64,000 bases of DNA. It comes from Eledone cirrhosa. Lineage: Eukaryota. This document shows, piece by piece, positions 51,760 through 64,000 of this stretch; the stretch's first letter is position 1, and each line of letters begins with the position of its first letter. Position numbers and translations under genes: made by a program. The notes under the pieces are model-generated. The model made no database searches, had not been told where the DNA came from, and saw nothing but the letters and a program-made list of their open reading frames with translations. Location of the stretch: contig OZ024743.1 in the NCBI GenBank assembly GCA_964016885.1, positions 11,780,001 to 11,844,000 on the forward strand, read 5' to 3'.

Positions 51760-52107
51760 TATTATTATTATTACGGCCCTTTACGGTCTGAGTCCAAATC
51801 CGCCGAGGTTAGCTTCGCCCTTCATACTTACGGGGTCGATAAAATAAAGTACCAGTAACGACTTACCCATCCCTCGAAATTGCTGGCCTTGTGCCTATAT
51901 AAGAAACCATTATTATTATTGTTACTGTAAATAATATCATGTTTGTACAGTTTTTATCATAAATGTTGTTATTGATTGAATGGTAAGAATTAACAATAAA
52001 TTATATGTAAAATATCGAATGAGAACTAAGACATCTTGCTATATCACATTACATACAAAATAAATTGAATTCAATGATATGAATAAAGTTGATCACCGAA
52101 AACGAGA

Positions 52108-52178
52108 GCATCGGTTGTTCAATGGTAGAATTCACGCTTCCCACGTGTGCGATCCGGGTTCGATTCCCGGCCGATGCA
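52108..52178 (+). tRNA. tRNA-Gly(CCC), unit 5
   Basis: G26T variant. Confidence 0.85.
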
Positions 52179-52971
52179 TAATTCTCTCTATACTTTTAGT
52201 TCTTGAAAACTCTTAGTTTGATTTCAATACTTTAATCCTCTTGCTAGTTGTTGAATGTTCTAGTATGATTTCAGGGAATTAATTTCGTGTAATAAAAATG
52301 TCCTTGAGGAAACAAATATATATTCAGCAAGACAGTGTCAATCTTTAAGAGAGCATCAACATTCCGAATATTTTGAATTATTGTGGCATGGCTTGAGCCG
52401 CTAATTTTTATTTCATCAAAAGTAATTAGTATTCAAAAAGTTAAATCTCTACATATTTATATTCTTGTGTAACACACATTTCATTCATTTTACATAAGAC
52501 ATATTCTTTTCTTCACTTCGGTGAAATATTTTATAATCCTAGAATATAGAAATAGATGTTACTGGACAATGGAATGTATATATCTTCATTTCATACCGAG
52601 ACTTGATTCGTTGATTAGAATTGTAATATGACGTTATATCTATGTATCTATCTAAAAAGAAAGACTAAGAATTATAGAGAGAGATCGCTAAAACGCCCAA
52701 TGCCGTTCCTAGGGCATTGATAATTTGAAATATCTTTTTCTCAAAACACTTACAGGACCATAAGTAATACATGTGTAAAGTTTGAAAACAATCGGTTGGG
52801 TGGTTCTCGAGTTTTAGGGAGTCAGACTGACAGACAGACATCATTAGTTGTAGATATATAAATTATACTCAGCTTAGTATTGAGTACCTTACTTACAGCG
52901 CTAAAAGTATAAAATGAACCCACTACACTCCAATGCTATATATGTATAAAATCTATGCCAAAAGTTCGTAA

Positions 52972-53042
52972 GCATCGGTGGTTCAGTGGTAGAATTCTCG
53001 CCTGCCACGCGGGAGGCCCGGGTTCAATTCCCGGCCGATGCA
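52972..53042 (+). tRNA. tRNA-Gly(GCC), unit 5
   Basis: Canonical. Confidence 0.96.
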
Positions 53043-53673
53043 ACACTTTTTTTTTTTAAATTCGACCTCTGGAGATACCTTAATTTTATTTTAAGATGAG
53101 AGTCGGCTTACCAGCTTATCAATAGTCATCTTTAATTTCAATAATTTTTTACAAGTTAGCTTGTTAACATGTACAGAAAGATTTATTCTGGAAGAAGCGC
53201 CATTTCTTTTGAAATCATCTTCAATAGATGTTACTGGAGAATGAAATGTATGCATCTTCATTTCATATCGAGACTTGATTCGTTGATTAGAATTGAAGCG
53301 TGATTTATAGGTTCAAATTTGACATTAATAGGCATATATATATATATATATATATATAGAAGTGGTTACACAACACTTAGTTCACCATACCGAGAACAAT
53401 TGTTTCACCTTCGCGGATCCTTAGCTCGTAAGCTAGGTAGAGTTCGTTCGTGTCTGTGTGTGAGTGTGTGTCGTTGTTACGCAATGCCGACGAAAGAAAG
53501 CCGCGTCGAAAGAAATACAAATCGAAATAAAAATAAAAAAATAGTCGAAAGATGGCGGCGCGGCGGTGGTTGTCGGAATGAATTGGAACGATCGAACGAA
53601 CGAACGAACTCTACCTAACTCGTCCCATGGACTGAGTGCTCTACCACTACGGATATTACCTTCCAGTTTTCTA

Positions 53674-53736
<63 letters not shown>

Positions 53737-53888
53737 AATTAAAATACTAGAGTGTGTTGGAGTTAAACACCCTCATCATATTATAGAAATGACAGTAAAG
53801 ATATAGCTCAATGTAATTAAACAGAGCCGAAGAATTATGAAAATAAACCAAGTTTTTGGCTTGTATTGGCCGATAGTGCTTCTTATAG

Positions 53889-53942
53889 CTTTACTTGCCC
53901 TGATGAGTCCTTAATAGGACGAAACATTGTTGGCTAATAAAG
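53889..53942 (+). ncRNA. Hammerhead ribozyme, unit 5
   Basis: Identical to unit 1. Confidence 0.8.
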
Positions 53943-53979
53943 ACTTTTGATGTATTGAAGGCTTCTTTGGTTTATATTC

Positions 53980-54098
<119 letters not shown>

Positions 54099-54326
54099 AT
54101 GTATGCATATATTTAATACATTTTTAATATATATTTAATATATTTAATATTTTTAATTTTTGTGGCATGGCTTGAGCCGCTAATTTTTATTTCATCAAAA
54201 GTAATTAGTATTCAAAAAGTTAAATCTGTACATATTCATGAGAACTAAGACAATTTGCTATATCACATTACATACAAAATAAATTGAATTCAATGATATG
54301 AATAAAGTTGATCACCGTAAACGAAA

Positions 54327-54358
54327 GCATCGGTTGTTCAATGGTAGAATGCACGCTT
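54327..54358 (+). pseudogene. 5' half of tRNA-Gly(CCC)
   Basis: Same truncation as at 43477. Confidence 0.9.
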
Positions 54359-54706
54359 TATTATTATTATTACGGCCCTTTACGGTCTGAGTCCAAATCC
54401 GCCGAGGTTAGCTTCGCCCTTCATACTTACGGGGTCGATAAAATAAAGTACCAGTAACGACTTACCCATCCCTCGAAATTGCTGGCCTTGTGCCTATATA
54501 AGAAACCATTATTATTATTGTTACTGTAAATAATATCATGTTTGTACAGTTTTTATCATAAATGTTGTTATTGATTGAATGGTAAGAATTAACAATAAAT
54601 TATATGTAAAATATCGAATGAGAACTAAGACATCTTGCTATATCACATTACATACAAAATAAATTGAATTCAATGATATGAATAAAGTTGATCACCGAAA
54701 ACGAGA

Positions 54707-54777
54707 GCATCGGTTGTTCAATGGTAGAATTCACGCTTCCCACGTGTGCGATCCGGGTTCGATTCCCGGCCGATGCA
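54707..54777 (+). tRNA. tRNA-Gly(CCC), unit 6
   Basis: G26T variant. Confidence 0.85.
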
Positions 54778-55570
54778 TAATTCTCTCTATACTTTTAGTT
54801 CTTGAAAACTCTTAGTTTGATTTCAATACTTTAATCCTCTTGCTAGTTGTTGAATGTTCTAGTATGATTTCAGGGAATTAATTTCGTGTAATAAAAATGT
54901 CCTTGAGGAAACAAATATATATTCAGCAAGACAGTGTCAATCTTTAAGAGAGCATCAACATTCCGAATATTTTGAATTATTGTGGCATGGCTTGAGCCGC
55001 TAATTTTTATTTCATCAAAAGTAATTAGTATTCAAAAAGTTAAATCTCTACATATTTATATTCTTGTGTAACACACATTTCATTCATTTTACATAAGACA
55101 TATTCTTTTCTTCACTTCGGTGAAATATTTTATAATCCTAGAATATAGAAATAGATGTTACTGGACAATGGAATGTATATATCTTCATTTCATACCGAGA
55201 CTTGATTCGTTGATTAGAATTGTAATATGACGTTATATCTATGTATCTATCTAAAAAGAAAGACTAAGAATTATAGAGAGAGATCGCTAAAACGCCCAAT
55301 GCCGTTCCTAGGGCATTGATAATTTGAAATATCTTTTTCTCAAAACACTTACAGGACCATAAGTAATACATGTGTAAAGTTTGAAAACAATCGGTTGGGT
55401 GGTTCTCGAGTTTCAGGGAGTCAGACTGACAGACAGACATCATTAGTTGTAGATATATAAATTATACTCAGCTTAGTATTGAGTACCTTACTTACAGCGC
55501 TAAAAGTATAAAATGAACCCACTACACTCCAATGCTATATATGTATAAAATCTATGCCAAAAGTTCGTAA

Positions 55571-55641
55571 GCATCGGTGGTTCAGTGGTAGAATTCTCGC
55601 CTGCCACGCGGGAGGCCCGGGTTCAATTCCCGGCCGATGCA
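55571..55641 (+). tRNA. tRNA-Gly(GCC), unit 6
   Basis: Canonical. Confidence 0.96.
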
Positions 55642-56272
55642 ACACTTTTTTTTTTTAAATTCGACCTCTGGAGATACCTTAATTTTATTTTAAGATGAGA
55701 GTCGGCTTACCAGCTTATCAATAGTCATCTTTAATTTCAATAATTTTTTACAAGTTAGCTTGTTAACATGTACAGAAAGATTTATTCTGGAAGAAGCGCC
55801 ATTTCTTTTGAAATCATCTTCAATAGATGTTACTGGAGAATGAAATGTATGCATCTTCATTTCATATCGAGACTTGATTCGTTGATTAGAATTGAAGCGT
55901 GATTTATAGGTTCAAATTTGACATTAATAGGCATATATATATATATATATATATATAGAAGTGGTTACACAACACTTAGTTCACCATACCGAGAACAATT
56001 GTTTCACCTTCGCGGATCCTTAGCTCGTAAGCTAGGTAGAGTTCGTTCGTGTCTGTGTGTGAGTGTGTGTCGTTGTTACGCAATGCCGACGAAAGAAAGC
56101 CGCGTCGAAAGAAATACAAATCGAAATAAAAATAAAAAAATAGTCGAAAGATGGCGGCGCGGCGGTGGTTGTCGGAATGAATTGGAACGATCGAACGAAC
56201 GAACGAACTCTACCTAACTCGTCCCATGGACTGAGTGCTCTACCACTACGGATATTACCTTCCAGTTTTCTA

Positions 56273-56332
<60 letters not shown>

Positions 56333-56485
56333 GAATTAAAATACTAGAGTGTGTTGGAGTTAAACACCCTCATCATATTATAGAAATGACAGTAAAGATA
56401 TAGCTCAATGTAATTAAACAGAGCCGAAGAATTATGAAAATAAACCAAGTTTTTGGCTTGTATTGGCCGATAGTGCTTCTTATAG

Positions 56486-56539
56486 CTTTACTTGCCCTGA
56501 TGAGTCCTTAATAGGACGAAACATTGTTGGCTAATAAAG
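56486..56539 (+). ncRNA. Hammerhead ribozyme, unit 6
   Basis: Identical to unit 1. Confidence 0.8.
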
Positions 56540-56576
56540 ACTTTTGATGTATTGAAGGCTTCTTTGGTTTATATTC

Positions 56577-56695
<119 letters not shown>

Positions 56696-56923
56696 ATGTA
56701 TGCATATATTTAATACATTTTTAATATATATTTAATATATTTAATATTTTTAATTTTTGTGGCATGGCTTGAGCCGCTAATTTTTATTTCATCAAAAGTA
56801 ATTAGTATTCAAAAAGTTAAATCTGTACATATTCATGAGAACTAAGACAATTTGCTATATCACATTACATACAAAATAAATTGAATTCAATGATATGAAT
56901 AAAGTTGATCACCGTAAACGAAA

Positions 56924-56955
56924 GCATCGGTTGTTCAATGGTAGAATGCACGCTT
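56924..56955 (+). pseudogene. 5' half of tRNA-Gly(CCC)
   Basis: Same truncation as at 43477. Confidence 0.9.
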
Positions 56956-57303
56956 TATTATTATTATTACGGCCCTTTACGGTCTGAGTCCAAATCCGCC
57001 GAGGTTAGCTTCGCCCTTCATACTTACGGGGTCGATAAAATAAAGTACCAGTAACGACTTACCCATCCCTCGAAATTGCTGGCCTTGTGCCTATATAAGA
57101 AACCATTATTATTATTGTTACTGTAAATAATATCATGTTTGTACAGTTTTTATCATAAATGTTGTTATTGATTGAATGGTAAGAATTAACAATAAATTAT
57201 ATGTAAAATATCGAATGAGAACTAAGACATCTTGCTATATCACATTACATACAAAATTAATTGAATTCAATGATATGAATAAAGTTGATCACCGAAAACG
57301 AGA

Positions 57304-57374
57304 GCATCGGTTGTTCAATGGTAGAATGCACGCTTCCCACGTGTGCGATCCGGGTTCGATTCCCGGCCGATGCA
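57304..57374 (+). tRNA. tRNA-Gly(CCC), unit 7
   Basis: As unit 1. Confidence 0.87.
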
Positions 57375-58171
57375 TAATTCTCTCTATACTTTTAGTTCTT
57401 GAAAACTCTTAGTTTGATTTCAATACTTTAATCCTCTTGCTAGTTGTTGAATGTTCTAGTATGATTTCAGGGAATTAATTTCGTGTAATAAAAATGTCCT
57501 TGAGGAAACAAATATATATTCAGCAAGACAGTGTCAATCTTTAAGAGAGCATCAACATTCCGAATATTTTGAATTATTGTGGCATGGCTTGAGCCGCTAA
57601 TTTTTATTTCATCAAAAGTAATTAGTATTCAAAAAGTTAAATCTCTACATATTTATATTCTTGTGTAACACACATTTCATTCATTTTACATAAGACATAT
57701 TCTTTTCTTCACTTCGGTGAAATATTTTATAATCCTAGAATATAGAAATAGATGTTACTGGACAATGGAATGTATATATCTTCATTTCATACCGAGACTT
57801 GATTCGTTGATTAGAATTGTAATATGACGTTATATCTATGTATCTATCTAAAAAGAAAGACTAAGAATTATAGAGAGAGATCGCTAAAACGCCCAATGCC
57901 GTTCCTAGGGCATTGATAATTTGAAATATCTTTTTCTCAAAACACTTACAGGACCATAAGTAATACATGTGTAAAGTTTGAAAACAATCGGTTGGGTGGT
58001 TCTCGAGTTTTAGGGAGTCAGACTGACAGACAGACAGACATCATTAGTTGTAGATATATAAATTATACTCAGCTTAGTATTGAGTACCTTACTTACAGCG
58101 CTAAAAGTATAAAATGAACCCACTACACTCCAATGCTATATATGTATAAAATCTATGCCAAAAGTTCGTAA

Positions 58172-58242
58172 GCATCGGTGGTTCAGTGGTAGAATTCTCG
58201 CCTGCCACGCGGGAGGCCCGGGTTCAATTCCCGGCCGATGCA
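58172..58242 (+). tRNA. tRNA-Gly(GCC), unit 7
   Basis: Canonical. Confidence 0.96.
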
Positions 58243-58872
58243 ACACTTTTTTTTTTAAATTCGACCTCTGGAGATACCTTAATTTTATTTTAAGATGAGA
58301 GTCGGCTTACCAGCTTATCAATAGTCATCTTTAATTTCAATAATTTTTTACAAGTTAGCTTGTTAACATGTACAGAAAGATTTATTCTGGAAGAAGCGCC
58401 ATTTCTTTTGAAATCATCTTCAATAGATGTTACTGGAGAATGAAATGTATGCATCTTCATTTCATATCGAGACTTGATTCGTTGATTAGAATTGAAGCGT
58501 GATTTATAGGTTCAAATTTGACATTAATAGGCATATATATATATATATATATAGAAGTGGTTACACAACACTTAGTTCACCATACCGAGAACAATTGTTT
58601 CACCTTCGCGGATCCTTAGCTCGTAAGCTAGGTAGAGTTCGTTCGTGTCTGTGTGTGTGTGTGTGTCGTTGTTACGCAATGCCGACGAAAGAAAGCCGCG
58701 TCGAAAGAAATACAAATCGAAAGAAAAATAAAAAAAAAGTCGAAAGATGGCGGCGCGGCGGTGGTTGTCGGAATGAATTGGAACGATCGAACGAACGAAC
58801 GAACGAACTCTACCTAACTCGTCCCATGGACTGAGTGCTCTACCACTACGGATATTACCTTCCAGTTTTCTA

Positions 58873-59001
<129 letters not shown>

Positions 59002-59178
59002 TTATGTATAGATATATATATATAAGAATTAAAATACTCGAGTGTGTTGGAGTTAAACACCCTCATCATATTATAGAAATGACAGTAAAGATATAGCTCA
59101 ATGTAATTAAACAGAGCCGAAGAATTATGAAAATAAACCAAGTTTTCGGCTTGTATTGGCCGATAGTGCTTCTTATAG

Positions 59179-59232
59179 CTTTACTTGCCCTGATGAGTCC
59201 TTAATAGGACGAAACATTGTTGGCTAATAAAG
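59179..59232 (+). ncRNA. Hammerhead ribozyme, unit 7
   Basis: Identical core to unit 1. Confidence 0.8.
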
Positions 59233-59269
59233 ACTTTTGATGTATTGAAGGCTTCTTTCGTTTATTTTC

Positions 59270-59346
<77 letters not shown>

Positions 59347-59582
59347 GTGCGCGTATGTATGCATATATTTAATACATTTTTAATATATATTTAATATATT
59401 TAATATTTTTAATTTTTGTGGCATGGCTTGAGCCGCTAATTTTTATTTCATCAAAAGTAATTAGTATTCAAAAAGTTAAATCTGTACATATTCATGAGAA
59501 CTAAGACAATTTGCTATATCACATTACATACAAAATAAATTGAATTCAATGATATGAATAAAGTTGATCACCGAAAACGAGA

Positions 59583-59653
59583 GCATCGGTTGTTCAATGG
59601 TAGAATGCACGCTTCCCACCTGTGCGATCCGGGTTCGATTCCCGGCCGATGCA
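59583..59653 (+). tRNA. tRNA-Gly(CCC), terminal copy with anticodon-stem mismatch
   Basis: Full length at the position where other units have the half gene. CCCACCTGTG gives a C-C mismatch. Confidence 0.72.
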
Positions 59654-59784
59654 TAATTCTCTCTATACTTTTAGTTCTTGAAAACTCTTAGTTTGATTTC
59701 AATACTTTAATCCTCTTGCTAGTTGTTGAATGTTCTAGTATGATTTCAGGGAATTAATTTCGTGTAATAAATATATATACACAC

Positions 59785-59815
<31 letters not shown>

Positions 59816-60321
59816 CACACATACATATATATATATACACACATTATTTTTATATATATGCATATATACAAATATCTATATATACACACATATACACATA
59901 TATATACATATATACAAATATATACACACACACACATGCATATACTTACATATATATACACACACATATACAAACATATATATACACACACATATATATA
60001 AACACATATATATACACACACATATATACACACACATAAATATACATACATATATATATACACACATATATATACACACATATATACACACACATATATA
60101 AAAATACATCCATACATACCCACATATATATATATACACATACATATACATACACATATACATATACATATATACATATATACATACATATACATATACA
60201 CACACATATACATACATATACACATACACAAATATATACATATATACATATATATGCATTTATATATACATACATATACATATATACACACATATACACA
60301 TACACACATACACACATATAT

Positions 60322-60364
<43 letters not shown>

Positions 60365-60476
60365 CACATACACAAATATATACATATATACATATATATA
60401 CATTTATATATACATACATATACATATATACACACATATACACATACACACATATACACATACACACATATACACA

Positions 60477-62099
60477 CACATCTGGAAGCTTAAGCTGGAC
60501 AGGACCCCATACTCTCTGGCCTGGTACATAATCAGGAAAGTACCACCCGATAAAGGGGGATCTTGCATATGCAAACTATGCCTGAACGAGACCCTCGAGA
60601 TACTAAGAGGTGGAAGCGGCCTGATAAACCTCAGAACCGACTTCTTCGGGACATGCAGACACCTTAGAGCCGGGACCTTTCTCAAGATATATGGACAGTA
60701 GCAACACATGAAGATGTGAACTCCCCTCAAGCTATAGGGACTTCTACAGAACATGAAAACACCTCTCGGCCAGACCTCCCTCAAGCTATATGGGCAATAA
60801 CAACACCCTAGGTTGTGAACTCCCCTCAAGCCACAGGGAACAACCCAGGCGTAGCAGACACCATGATAGCCTAGAGATAGAATCGGACACAGCCATAATA
60901 ATTTGGCCAACATCTATAACACAAACACTTTTAATTTACTAGATTTCTGACTTTCAAGTTCCAATCTTAAATCTTGATTTCTCTTTATTAATTTGTTATT
61001 TGTTTTCTGCCCTCTTCACTGTATCACCTTATATTTATTTTAAGTTGAGATAGATTATAACACAAACACATTGAGTTTGAATATCTCATCTTAACATCTT
61101 GTCTCATACCAATCTATCCAACATATTCTGACCTTGAGATTGGTTATAGCACACACACACACACTTTATCCTACATTATTTCTCACTTCTCCATATGCAT
61201 TTTCATTACTTTTTCACCAATCTCTCATTTATTCTTTATTCTTTATTCTCTATTTATTTATTTATTTTCAAATTATGCAAATTATATTAATTATTTTATT
61301 ATATTATTTATTTATTTTCTGTTTTCTTCATTTATTGCCTTATATTTCTTCATATACATGGAAGAACCCCCCCCCCCCACACCACCACTACGATGGTGGC
61401 GGGAAGGATGAAGAAAAAACACAAACTGGATACTGCTAAATTGTTAGCAGCAGCAAGATATAAGCTGACCACTACACCAACAACAGTACCAAAATAATGG
61501 TGGAGGTCAAATGTACTGAACAATAGCAGGCAAAAACACTACAGGGAGCCTCACCCCAGAAAGAATTCTATAGACTTCTGACTGAGGAATGCTTTCAGAA
61601 CTGACCAATGGGAAGTTTGACACTTTTTTTGTTATTTTGTTCCTTTAACACCTTGTCCCTTCTACTATTTTATCAATTTCTAAGCTAACTCCAACAATAA
61701 CAACACTTAGAATGAGGAATGTTCTAATAACTGACCAATGAGAGGAGAAGGGGACCTTTGACACTGAAATTCGTTTGTTTGAATTCATATGACTCCAGTT
61801 CCTCAGTGAATTAACAACCCAACAAGGAACTGGGCATATCAGAGTATTGACAATATTATACACCTAAACAACATATGTATTTGTCTATACCATACTAATT
61901 CAAACTGCCTGAAGAGGTCACAGCCAAAGATGGCTGTCACTGAAATATATATAGCAGTAATAAACGAAGCTAAATTTTAATCATTTGACTTTTATTTAAC
62001 TTTATTTTACACTACTCCGGAGTAACCAAACCAACCTGCGCACTTCGTCGAGTGCTCCAGCCTGCATACTGAGGTGTTGGTATACAACCAACATAAACT

Positions 62100-62100
<1 letters not shown>
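60477..62100 (+). mobile_element. 5'-truncated Penelope-like element (GIY-YIG C-terminus, 3' UTR, hammerhead)
   Basis: 60477-60701 translates [26 protein letters not shown], a PLE endonuclease tail. Microsatellites flank the element. Confidence 0.8.
61904..61958 (+). ncRNA. Minimal type I hammerhead ribozyme of the PLE
   Basis: ACTGC CTGAAGA GGTCACAGCC-loop-GGCTGTCACT GAAA TATAT ATA GCAGT, followed by AATAAA. Confidence 0.85.
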
Positions 62101-62131
<31 letters not shown>

Positions 62132-62135
<4 letters not shown>

Positions 62136-62297
62136 ATACTTTGGGAGGGTCATGTTGCCAATAAGAAACACACGCACCAGTTGCTTTCACTTCAATTTAA
62201 TTTATTAAATATTTATAAATTTACAAATTTATAAATTTCTGGTTGGTTGGTTGGTTCCACAACCAGATAGTTGTTTATATATATATAGTCATAGTTC
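62132..62297 (-). mobile_element. 3'-terminal fragment of the 33.6-kb Penelope family
   Basis: Near-identical to 33567-33724. Confidence 0.85.
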
Positions 62298-62344
62298 AAC
62301 ACACTATTTCAGATAAAGAATCTTGCTAAACAAATTCAGAAACG

Positions 62345-62420
<76 letters not shown>

Positions 62421-62523
62421 TATATATATATACATACATATACACATATATACATATATATACATATATATATATATACATATATATACATACATATATA
62501 CATACATATACATACAAACACAC

Positions 62524-62945
<422 letters not shown>

Positions 62946-63068
62946 CATACATACATACATACATACATACATACATACATACTTACATTTAAGTAAGTGC
63001 CGTACTAAGAGTGAGAAATGAAATTTCGTTTCATTCTATTCTATATATATATTTATATATATATATAT

Positions 63069-63836
63069 ATGCCTATTAATGTCAAATTTGAACCTATAAG
63101 TCACGCTTCAATTCTAATCAACGAATCAAGTCTCGGTATGAAATGAAGATGCATACATTTCATTCTCCAGTAACATCTATTGGAGATGATTTCAAAAGAA
63201 ATGGCGCTTCTTCCAGAATAAATCTTTCTGCACATGTTAACAAGCTAACTTGTAAAAAATTATTGAAATTAAAGATGACTATTGATAAGCTGGTAAGCCG
63301 ACTCTCATTTTAAAATAAAATTAAGGTATTTCCAGAGGTCGAATTTAAAAAAAAAAAAGAGTTGCATCGGCCGGGAATTGAACCCGGGCCTCCCGCGTGG
63401 CAGGCGAGAATTCTACCACTGAACCACCGATGCTTACGAAGTTTTCGCCTAGATTTTATACATATCTAGCATTGGAGTGTAGTGGGTTCATTTTATACTT
63501 TTAGTGCTGTAAGTAAGGTACTCAATACTAAGCTGAGTATAATTTATATATCTACAACTGAGGATGTCTGTCTGTCTGTCAGTCTGACTCCCTAAAACTC
63601 GAGAATCACTCAACCGATTGTTTTCAAACTTTACACATGTAATACTTATGGTCTTGTGAGTGTTTTGAGAAAAAGATATTTCAAATTATCAATGCCCTAG
63701 GGACGGCATTAGGCGATTTAGCGATCTCTCTCTATAATTTTTAGTCTTTCTTTTTAGATAGATACATAGATATAACGTTGCGCCCTTATAATATCTTTCT
63801 GTATGTCTGGCTGTCTTCATTACGGCATTATGACGC

Positions 63837-63855
<19 letters not shown>
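63069..63855 (-). repeat. Inverted copy of the Gly-GCC portion of the unit
   Basis: Reverse complement of about 8660-9347 and of array 41511-42215. Confidence 0.9.
63363..63433 (-). tRNA. tRNA-Gly(GCC)
   Basis: Exact reverse complement of canonical Gly-GCC with a long T terminator. Confidence 0.96.
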
Positions 63856-63911
<56 letters not shown>

Positions 63912-64000
63912 TGAAGTTTCCGTTGAAACTTGCAAATGTCATAAGAGTGAAGAGTGCTCTATGTAAGTACCAGAGCTAAATTTAATGTATAATTAATAAT

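Overview
AT-rich, microsatellite-laden eukaryotic DNA. The SINE and LINE tails look cephalopod/octopus-like (inference). No host protein-coding gene is evident. The window is a tRNA cluster (Gly-GCC, Gly-CCC, one His-GTG) heavily invaded by retroelements. These include an apparently intact RTE LINE, a second RTE with one in-frame stop and its bipartite non-autonomous derivatives, CR1-type LINEs, HERO and CRE fragments, two Penelope-like elements (PLEs), and a non-autonomous tRNA-Trp-primed LTR element plus a solo LTR. SINEs, Helitron-like pieces and many foldback palindromes are also present. From about 40.6 to 59.8 kb lies a tandem array of seven 2.6-2.9 kb units. Each unit carries tRNA-Gly(CCC), tRNA-Gly(GCC) and a same-strand minimal type I hammerhead ribozyme set inside a rod-like alternative fold. 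The six junctions between units carry a 5' tRNA half cut at the anticodon loop. Five further PLE-type hammerhead motifs occur elsewhere. Structures were read by eye and none has been computationally or experimentally validated. Element boundaries are approximate.
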